DNA of 41,308 nt from Anaerolineales bacterium (GTDB lineage: Bacteria; Chloroflexota; Anaerolineae; Anaerolineales; DRKV01), in contig JAGUYX010000113.1 of NCBI GenBank assembly GCA_020061145.1, forward strand, positions 1 through 41,308, read 5' to 3'. Position numbers and translations under genes: made by a program. Below the pieces are notes generated by a model. The model was not told the origin of the DNA. It ran no database searches and worked only from the letters and a program-made list of their open reading frames with translations. This document shows, in pieces, positions 8,660 to 16,227 of the stretch; position 1 is the first letter of the stretch, and each line of letters opens with the position of its first letter.

Positions 8660-9862
8660 ATGATTTACCTGGATCATGCCGCGACGACCCCCGTCCGTTC
8701 CGAAGTGCTGGATGCCATGATGCCCTTCTTCTCGTTAAATTATGGCAACCCTTCGAGCCTTCATCATAAAGGCCAGGAGGCCTCTCAAGCGCTCGAAGAT
8801 GCCCGCCAGTCAATCGCCAAAGACTTGAATTGTTATCCGGATGAGATCGTTTTTACAAGCGGCGGTACAGAGAGTGATAATCTTGCCATCCGCGGGTATG
8901 CATTTGCCAATCAACGAAACGGCAAGCACATTATCACCTCCTGCGTCGAACACCATGCTGTTCTAAACACCTGCCGCCAGCTTCAACAACACCATGGTTT
9001 TGAAGTCACGTACCTGCCGGTCGATTCGACCGGGATGGTATCCCCAGACGATTTCCAGGGGGCGATCAAACCAGAGACGATCCTGGCGAGCATCATGTAT
9101 GCCAACAACGAGGTGGGCACGATTGAACCCATTCGGGAATTGGCCCGGATTGCGCATGACCACGATGTCGGGTTTCATACGGATGCCGTCCAGGTCTTGG
9201 GACTGATAGATTTGAATTTGAGAGAGCTCGGGGTGGATATGCTCTCGCTCTCAGCCCATAAGTGTTATGGCCCCAAGGGTGTAGGGGTGTTGTTTGTGAA
9301 GCGCGGGGTCCTGCTCATGGAAATCCATGCCGGCGGGGGGCAGGAGAGCACACGCCGCTCTGGGACGGAAAATGTACCGGGGATCGTCGGCATGGCTACG
9401 GCAATCCACCTGGCCTTCTCGGGTTACCGGAAAAACCTGCATCGTTTGGAGAAGTTACGCGACCGCTTGATTGAGTATATCCTGGAGGAAGTACCCGGTG
9501 CCCAGCTCACAGGACATCCTGCTCAGCGCTTACCGAATTCCGCCAGTTTCACCTTCCCGAATATACCTGGCCCGGATGAATTGATTTTATTGCTTGATTT
9601 GAATGGAATTGCGGCCTCCAGCGGGTCAGCCTGCCATGCGAAATCCATCGAACCTTCTCATGTGCTCACCGCAATGGGCGTTTCTCTGGAGCGATCCTCC
9701 GGCAGCCTGAGGCTCAGCCTGGGATATGAGAATACAGAAGAGGAGATCAAACAGGTGCTGCACATCTTGCCAGAGGTGGTGATGGAACTGCAAGGGCTGT
9801 CGGGGGGCTTTCATGCTACGAACAGCAAAGCAAAAAATCCATATCTAGAATCGGGAAAATAG
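8660..9862 (+). CDS. iscS: Group I cysteine desulfurase (IscS/NifS-like)
   Basis: IYLDHAATTP, GNPSS, FTSGGTES, SAHK (PLP Lys), RSGTENV and SSGSACH motifs. Confidence 0.92.
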   Translation: MIYLDHAATTPVRSEVLDAMMPFFSLNYGNPSSLHHKGQEASQALEDARQSIAKDLNCYPDEIVFTSGGTESDNLAIRGYAFANQRNGKHIITSCVEHHAVLNTCRQLQQHHGFEVTYLPVDSTGMVSPDDFQGAIKPETILASIMYANNEVGTIEPIRELARIAHDHDVGFHTDAVQVLGLIDLNLRELGVDMLSLSAHKCYGPKGVGVLFVKRGVLLMEIHAGGGQESTRRSGTENVPGIVGMATAIHLAFSGYRKNLHRLEKLRDRLIEYILEEVPGAQLTGHPAQRLPNSASFTFPNIPGPDELILLLDLNGIAASSGSACHAKSIEPSHVLTAMGVSLERSSGSLRLSLGYENTEEEIKQVLHILPEVVMELQGLSGGFHATNSKAKNPYLESGK

Positions 9863-10029
9863 ATAGTTGTACCTATTACTATCGACCGGACCGTTCCTGT
9901 ATGATGCATCTGAAAACTGTCTTCATCGGATTCGAAGAGAAAGGAGAGGAAAAATACGCCAGATCGCCAAACATTACCGATTTTTCGTAACGTCTATTCC
10001 TATGCAACTCACAGAACATCAAAAGGAGT

Positions 10030-11934
10030 ATGCAACCAATGCGTAAGAAGTTTGCAATAGCTGTCCAATTGATGCTGACGCTGGCAATGATCCTTGCCGC
10101 GTGCGGCGCCCCGGCAGCTCCGCAAGCCACGCCTGAGGTCATCAAAGAGACCGTTGTCGTAACCCAGCAAGTGCCCGTGGAGGTCGTTAAGACCGTCGAG
10201 GTCCCAGTCGCACCCTCCGAGTACTCGATAACGGTGCTGAATCCCCAGGGAGCGATCCCGTTCGCCAGTGATCTGGCGCCGCGCCTCGATACCCTGGAGG
10301 GAAAACGTGTGGCCCTGTGGCTTTCCGCGACGCCTGATCATACGTACGCTGGACAGGGAGCGCCGCTGTATGATGAGTTGGCGAAGATGCTGAAAGAAAA
10401 ATTCGCCACCATCGAGATCATCCCTTACACTGATCTTCCCATGAAGTATTCCCCCGCCGATGAGGTTATCGCGGCAATCACCGCGACGGAACCCGATGCA
10501 GTCGTTGTCGCCTTCGGTGGCTGATGAGGGTGCCTTGGAGCGATGGGTTCCATCGCAGTAGAACTGGAAAAACTGGGTATCCCAACAGTAACTCTTTACA
10601 ACGAACGGCATGAGACACGTTTCATGGGTACCGTGTTGGCAAAAGGTTTTGCCGATTATCCGGCAAAGAATTTCGTTGAAATCGATACGCTGACCGAGGA
10701 GGGCGTTCTCGCCCTGGCTCCCCAGGCGTTCGATTTCCTGGTCGCAGGTCTGACAACCTGGGCTCCTCCGTACCTTGAAAAGCAAGGCGATCTGTGGGTT
10801 CCCACCGAATCGGAATTTATCTTCACGGGAGCAGCCTACGCAGAAGCCCTGGAAAACATGAACGAAGCCTTTCTTGCCGATCTCCGCTGGGGTGATGGAT
10901 TACCTTTGGTGCCAGCGACTCGCGAGCGCGTCGACGCCCTTCTGGCTGGCACGGACCTGGCCCCAGACACAGTTATCGGCACCTGGGGTCCGACAGGCGC
11001 TCAGTTCACGGTTGAAAAGATCGCCATCAATGCCGCCATGGCCGGGGCCCAACCCGAGTATATGCCGGTCATCTTAGCCGCCCTCCAGGCGATTACTTCC
11101 GTCAGATGGGATTCCTATGGACCTGTCATGAAGTCGCCGGTCCCCCTGGTGATCGTGAACGGCCCGGTTGCGAAGCAGATCGGTCTGAACTCCTCTGCGA
11201 ACGCGTTCGGTCCCAACCCGAAATACCCTGCAGGCGCGACAATTGGCCGGGCGATCAGCCTGGCGATGCACAACATTCCAGGTAATGGCCGTGGTTTGCT
11301 GCCCTCCAATCTGGCTGGAAATCCTGCAATGTACGCAGGGATGGTGATTGCGGAAGCTGAGGAAACCGAAGCGCTTGCTGAGGGCTGGGATCCGCTGAAC
11401 GTCCAGTTGGGATATGCCCCCGGCACGAACACTGTGACCGTGTTGGGCGTTGACCAGATGGACATGAGCATCTCGGGCTTTGTCGCTAACGTAGCCGCTT
11501 ACGTTGCCCCCGATAAGAACATCTGGCCAAGCTCGGCCGAAGCCTTCGATCAGCGCGTGGCAGGCGTGGTCGCGGTATCGGAAATGATGTTGATCACCGA
11601 CGGCATGATGAAGGGCATCACCAAAGCCGATATCCAGGAGGAGATGTACGAGAAGGCTCGCATCCCGGTGGATGAGTTCATGACGTTGGTTCTCACCGCG
11701 GAAGACGGTAGCGCTGTGGAACCGAACGCATTTATAAGAGAGCTCATTGGCGGTCTTGCTCCGGGAGAGGGCGTGCCGGTTGCAGCTGCGCCAGACAAGT
11801 TTCTGGTGGTAGCCACCGGCGGCCACTGAACTTGAGCACCGTATTCGTGGCTCGGTTCGAGCCGCTGGATGAGCACCCCTGTAACCGTCGAGATCTCCCT
11901 TCCCGCTAATTGGGAAAGCCTGGTCTCACAGTAG
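10030..11934 (+). CDS. UGSC-family lipoprotein with four selenocysteines (TGA 10522, 10525, 11827, 11833), 634 aa
   Basis: AAGGAG RBS and lipobox LAAC. Track ORFs 10030..10524 and 10543..11829 join in frame via VVVAFGG-U-U-GC-LGAMGSIAVELEKLGIPTV. The core has GDGLPLVPAT and TVEKIAINAAMAG. The end reads VVATGGH-U-T-U-APYSW...VEISLPANWESLVSQ, then TAG TAA. Confidence 0.88.
10540..10556 (+). promoter_or_regulatory. Candidate SECIS hairpin
   Basis: GCGATGG-GTT-CCATCGC starting 12 nt after the second TGA. Confidence 0.78.
11847..11865 (+). promoter_or_regulatory. Candidate SECIS hairpin
   Basis: GTGGCTCG-GTT-CGAGCCGC starting 11 nt after the second TGA. Confidence 0.78.
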
Positions 11935-12016
11935 TAACTTACCAAACGATGATCTTATCACGGTGGGAGCTTCGAAGCTCCCGGGCAGAGAAGCCCCCAT
12001 CGTGATTTCAAAGCCC

Positions 12017-12111
12017 GGGAGTGATTGAGTCCTGGTGGGCTCCTCGGTCTTCAAAACCGCTGTGGGGAGGTGGAAACCTTCCTGGGTGGGTTCGACTCCC
12101 ATTCACTCCCG
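12017..12111 (+). tRNA. selC: tRNA-Sec (anticodon TCA)
   Basis: 8-bp acceptor stem GGGAGTGA/TCACTCCC, anticodon loop CTTCAAA (TCA 12051-12053), long variable arm, 5-bp T stem with TTCGACT loop, G discriminator. CCA is not fully encoded. Confidence 0.96.
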
Positions 12112-12162
12112 CCTTTTACGCAGTATATGACAGGATTGCTTTGATAGAAAGGAGGTATGCCG

Positions 12163-12276
12163 GTGCGAAAATTAATCCTCTGCATATGATTCGATTTCAC
12201 CCAACGCAGTGACTGCGTTATTTCTGTACACAGACCGCGATGCTGCACATCCCCGAACCGGCATCCCTCCACGTAG
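12163..12276 (+). CDS. Putative Sec-containing leader peptide (CxU; TGA 12187), 37 aa
   Basis: Strong SD AAGGAGGT 6 nt before GTG: MRKLILCI-U-FDFTQRSDCVISVHRPRCCTSPNRHPST*. A SECIS-like hairpin AACGCAG-TGA-CTGCGTT lies at 12203-12219. Confidence 0.55.
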
Positions 12277-12300
12277 AGAGCGTGCAACCGAAGCAGTTAC

Positions 12301-12365
12301 ATACTCCCTGGGGGCTGGTTCCGGCGGCTGGCAGCCGGCCCATGTCAACCAAATGGAGGGAGTAT
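12301..12365 (+). promoter_or_regulatory. SD-sequestering structure upstream of yedE
   Basis: ATACTCCCT (12301-12309) is the exact reverse complement of AGGGAGTAT (12357-12365), which covers the yedE SD. Confidence 0.55.
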
Positions 12366-12370
12366 TTTTC

Positions 12371-13516
12371 ATGTCTGCACATAATCGGTTTTTTGCCTCA
12401 CGCTGGGCAATGATATTGACTGGAGGCGCAATCGGTGCCCTTGCGGCGTTGCTGGTCAAATGGGGAAATCCAGGCAATATGGGGCTCTGTATGGCCTGTT
12501 TCATCCGAGATATTTCTGGAGCCTTGGGACTGCACCGCGCTGCAAGCGTACAATATATCCGTCCTGAGGTGATCGGACTTGTTCTGGGGGCGAGTGCTGC
12601 TGCCATAGGCTTTAAAGAATTCAGAGCACGCGGTGGATCCGCCCCCCTCCTCAGGTTTCTATTTGGCAACCTGGCGATCATTGGCGCCCTGGTGTTTCTG
12701 GGTTGCCCCTGGCGGGCGTATCTGCGATTGAGCGGGGGTGATTGGAATGCCATTCCCGGCATTTTGGGATTGGCCGCCGGAGTCTTTTTAGGGGTCCTGC
12801 TCCTGAAGGCAGGTTTTAGTTTGGGGAGGAACCAGCGTGGACCCGCTCCGATTGGATTCGCTTTTCCCGCCCTGGTGATCCTCCTCCTATTCCTATTGGT
12901 CTTCGCGCCCATGTTCGGACGGGATGCCGATGGCAGACTGGTTGGTCCGATCTTCTTCTCCGAGAATGGGCCGGGTGCGCAGCATGCACCGTTGCTAATC
13001 TCACTCTTTATTGGTCTGGTGATCGGCTTCCTGGCGCAACGTAGCCGTTTCTGCACGATTGCCGGGTTGCGCGATCTGATGCTCATGGGGGATACTCACT
13101 TTGCTAGCGGCATTGTAAGCCTTGTGGGGGTCGCGTTTCTCGCCAACCTTGCCCTGGGCCAGTTCAAACCCGGCTTTGCTGATCAGCCCATTGCCCATAC
13201 CGACGCACTTTGGAATTTCGGCGGTATGGTATTGGCAGGGTTGGCATTTACCTTGGCTGGGGGCTGCCCTGGGAGGCAGCTCATTCTGGCTGGCGAAGGC
13301 GATGGAGACGCGGCCATGTTCGTCTTTGGTCTGCTGACCGGAGCAGCCATCTCCCATAACTTTAACCTGGCAAGTACGCCGGCTGGCCCGAGCCCCTACG
13401 GACCTGCGGCAGTTGTGGGCGGTCTGCTGGTTATTTTGGTTGTTGGCCTGGCGATGCGTGAGCGCTTGGTGGTATCGACGGAGAGTATGCAAGTTACGCA
13501 AGAGGTGAAAGCATGA
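12371..13516 (+). CDS. yedE: YedE-family putative selenium transporter
   Basis: GNPGNMGLCMACFIRDISGALGLH, VQYIRPE, FLGCPWR, QRSRFC and GGCPGRQL motifs. ATG 12371 follows GGAGGGAG. Confidence 0.93.
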   Translation: MSAHNRFFASRWAMILTGGAIGALAALLVKWGNPGNMGLCMACFIRDISGALGLHRAASVQYIRPEVIGLVLGASAAAIGFKEFRARGGSAPLLRFLFGNLAIIGALVFLGCPWRAYLRLSGGDWNAIPGILGLAAGVFLGVLLLKAGFSLGRNQRGPAPIGFAFPALVILLLFLLVFAPMFGRDADGRLVGPIFFSENGPGAQHAPLLISLFIGLVIGFLAQRSRFCTIAGLRDLMLMGDTHFASGIVSLVGVAFLANLALGQFKPGFADQPIAHTDALWNFGGMVLAGLAFTLAGGCPGRQLILAGEGDGDAAMFVFGLLTGAAISHNFNLASTPAGPSPYGPAAVVGGLLVILVVGLAMRERLVVSTESMQVTQEVKA

Positions 13517-13743
13517 ACCAGACACCCGAATCACTTCTCGTAGACGCCCGGGGGCTGAGCTGCCCGCAACCGGCAATCCTCACGCGCCAGGCGATCAGCC
13601 AGGCGGCTGGTAGGGTGCTCGAGATTCTCGTGGATGCAATAGCACAGCGCGATAACGTGATCCGCGTGGCGGTGAAAGAAGGCTGGTCGGCAGTCCCAGA
13701 AGAGACAGCCGATGGTCGGATACGCATAAGATTGACGAAGTAG
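13513..13743 (+). CDS. TusA/SirA/YedF-family sulfur/selenium carrier
   Basis: VDARGLSCPQP motif, coupled to yedE. Confidence 0.9.
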   Translation: MNQTPESLLVDARGLSCPQPAILTRQAISQAAGRVLEILVDAIAQRDNVIRVAVKEGWSAVPEETADGRIRIRLTK

Positions 13744-13749
13744 GCAGAT

Positions 13750-14916
13750 TTGGATTCAAGTCTGATTTATCTGGATAACGCCGCCACCTCCTGGCCGAAA
13801 CCGCCGGAGGTTGTTCAGGCAATGGCCAGCTTCATCGCAGAGAGCGGTGGAAATCCGGGGCGTTCTGGTCACCGTCTGTCTCTGGCGGCTGGCAGAGTAG
13901 TGTACCAGGCGAGGGAAGAACTGGCCGACTTCTTCGGGTTAGATGACCCTCTCCGTTTAGTGTTCACCGCCAATGTGACCGAGGCCATCAACCTGGCGCT
14001 CTATGGGCTACTGCGCTCTGGTGATCACGTTATTGCCAGCAGTATGGAACATAACGCCGTCATGCGCCCTCTCAGGCACCTGCAGCGTGAAGGCGTACAT
14101 CTGAGCTTCGCCCCCTGCGGGATGGATGGCCATGTTTCCTTAGCGCATGTTGAAAAACTGCTCAAAACCCAAACCCGCCTGGTTGTGGTCAACCACGCTT
14201 CCAATGTAACCGGAACCATTCAGCCCATTGCAGAAATCGGCGCGCTCTGCCGAGAACACAACACTCTCTTCCTGGTTGACGCGGCTCAGACTGCGGGTGT
14301 ACTGCCGATCAACATCGAAGAGCTTCAAATCGACCTGCTCGCCTTTACCGGTCATAAGGGGTTACTGGGACCAACCGGTACTGGTGGATTGCTCCTGGGT
14401 GAGCGGGTGCCGTTCGAGGAGATGAAGCTGCTGGTGCGGGGTGGAACGGGAAGCCGGTCGGAATACGAGGAGCAGCCTGAGTTCCTGCCTGATCGCTTTG
14501 AAAGTGGCACCCCCAATTCGATCGGACTGGCCGGCCTTTTGGCAGGCCTTCAATTTATCAAGTCACACGCGCTGGATGCCTTACGCGAACAGGAAACTTC
14601 TCAGTTAGCCCGCTTGATCATAGGGCTGAGTAATCTCCCAAACGTCCGGCTGTTTGGCCCGCGCGATCCATCCCGACAGGTACCCGTGGTCTCTTTCACG
14701 CTCGATGGCATGCGGGTATCGGATATCGGTTTTCGACTGGATGAAGAATATGGCATCCTGTGCCGGCCTGGCTTGCAATGTTCCCCTGCTGCTCATCGTA
14801 CCTTAGGGACTTTCCCGCATGGAACGGTCCGGCTCTCTCCAGGTCCATTCACAAAAGATCGTGAAATTGAGAGCGTGCTCGAGGCGGTTGAGAGGTTATC
14901 GGCGGAATTACTATGA
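13750..14916 (+). CDS. Cysteine desulfurase/selenocysteine lyase-like class V aminotransferase
   Basis: IYLDNAATSWPKP, GNPGRSGH, FTGHKGL and RPGLQCSP motifs. Typical of selenium-utilisation operons. Confidence 0.88.
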   Translation: MDSSLIYLDNAATSWPKPPEVVQAMASFIAESGGNPGRSGHRLSLAAGRVVYQAREELADFFGLDDPLRLVFTANVTEAINLALYGLLRSGDHVIASSMEHNAVMRPLRHLQREGVHLSFAPCGMDGHVSLAHVEKLLKTQTRLVVVNHASNVTGTIQPIAEIGALCREHNTLFLVDAAQTAGVLPINIEELQIDLLAFTGHKGLLGPTGTGGLLLGERVPFEEMKLLVRGGTGSRSEYEEQPEFLPDRFESGTPNSIGLAGLLAGLQFIKSHALDALREQETSQLARLIIGLSNLPNVRLFGPRDPSRQVPVVSFTLDGMRVSDIGFRLDEEYGILCRPGLQCSPAAHRTLGTFPHGTVRLSPGPFTKDREIESVLEAVERLSAELL

Positions 14917-15140
14917 GTCAGTACGGAGTTGTATTGTTCTCGGGTACCCAGGCAGCCTTACGAGCTGAAAAACTGCTTGAGAGGGTTGGGCAGGTGGTGA
15001 AGTTGATTCCCACTCCCCGGCACTTGAGCTCCGATTGCGGGGTTGCGCTTCGTTTTTCCTGGGCGGAACAGAACGAAGTGGTCAACACGTTAGATCGGGC
15101 CAGGCTCGCCTATGAGACTATCGCTATTCTTGATGGGTAG
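14913..15140 (+). CDS. DUF3343 putative Se/S carrier-like protein
   Basis: VVLF....ALRAEKLL....KLIPTPRHLSSDCGVALRF. Confidence 0.85.
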   Translation: MSQYGVVLFSGTQAALRAEKLLERVGQVVKLIPTPRHLSSDCGVALRFSWAEQNEVVNTLDRARLAYETIAILDG

Positions 15141-15151
15141 GTGGCATCGAA

Positions 15152-16201
15152 GTGCTAAAAACAACCATTCGTCTCACCGAACTCTCCTCCTGTGCGGGTT
15201 GAGCATCTAAGCTGAGCCCAGAGGCTCTGGCGCAGGTGCTGCGCCCTTTGCGTGCCATGTTCCAGCCCCAGGATTGTCCCGATCTGATGGTCGGCATTGG
15301 TTGTCTGGATGATGCCGCCGTGTATCGCTTGGACAGTGAACGGGCCCTGATCTTCACGACAGATTTTTTCACGCCGGTGGTGGATGATCCGTATGACTAT
15401 GGAGCCATTGCCGCAGCCAATGCCCTTTCTGACGTGTACGCCATGGGCGGAGCGCCGTTGCTGGCGCTAAACCTGGCCGCGTTTCCAGCGCGCCTGCCGG
15501 CTGAGATCCTTGGGCAGGTGTTGATGGGAATGGCGGATATGGTCAAACAGGCTGGGGCTGTGGTGGCTGGAGGCCATACGATCCAGGACGAAGAGCCAAA
15601 AGTCGGCTTGTGCGTGGCTGGGATGGTCCACCCGGACAAGCTGCTCACCAAGGGAGGTGTGCAGCCTGGCGATCAGCTAGTGTTAACCAAGCCTCTTGGG
15701 ACAGGCCTTATTACCACGGCTGCCAAAATGGATCTGGCGGATCGGGAGGATGTCGATGAGGCAATCCAGTGGATGAGACGGCTTAACAGAGCTGCCGGGA
15801 AAACCGCAGCGGACCTGGACTTGCGAGGCGGTACCGATGTCACCGGATTCGGCCTGTTGGGTCATGCCTGGGAAATGGCAGAAGCGTCGCGAGTAACCCT
15901 TAAGGTTTTTTTTGAGGCAGTGCCGTTCATGAACGGTGTTGTCCGTTATGCCGACCAAGGGCTGTTCCCCGGCGGAACGGCATCGAATTATACGGCTTAT
16001 AGCAAACGGATCCATTTTGCAGAATATTTGAATGAGGATCAAAAGATGCTGCTGTTTGATGCGCAAACAAGCGGAGGACTACTCTTGGCCGTGCCACAGG
16101 AGAAGATGGGGGAGTTCTCCAATATGATGGAATTCCATGGCGAAAAGTGTTGGATCATCGGTGAGGCGGTGGGCAGGGAAGCCGGAATTCAGGTCATCTG
16201 A
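15152..16201 (+). CDS. selD: Selenophosphate synthetase, Sec-containing (U17, TGA 15200)
   Basis: GTG 15152: MLKTTIRLTELSSCAG-U-ASKLSP; then DDAAVY, TTDFFTP, ANALSDVYAMGG, GGHT, TDVTGFGLLGH, FDAQTSGGLL. Hairpins at 15214-15227 and 15229-15245. Confidence 0.96.
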
Positions 16202-16227
16202 CCATCAGCCTGGGAAGGAGGGTTGCC

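Noticed and set aside
12021-12212. 63-aa ORF over 12021-12212
   Set aside because: It overlaps tRNA-Sec and is spurious.
12209-12370. Track's GTG start giving a 54-aa N-terminal extension of YedE
   Set aside because: Family similarity and the SD point to ATG 12371. The upstream region is better explained as a regulatory leader.
10009-13086. Long minus-strand ORFs (10009..10785, 11074..11826, 12172..13086)
   Set aside because: Antisense shadows of well-supported plus-strand genes.
2767-16201. Other TGA stops in the island (2767, 4593, 6402, 7283, 8566, 13514, 14914, 16199)
   Set aside because: Most overlap the next gene (ATGA coupling) or close a complete domain. None shows the Cys context plus the characteristic hairpin.
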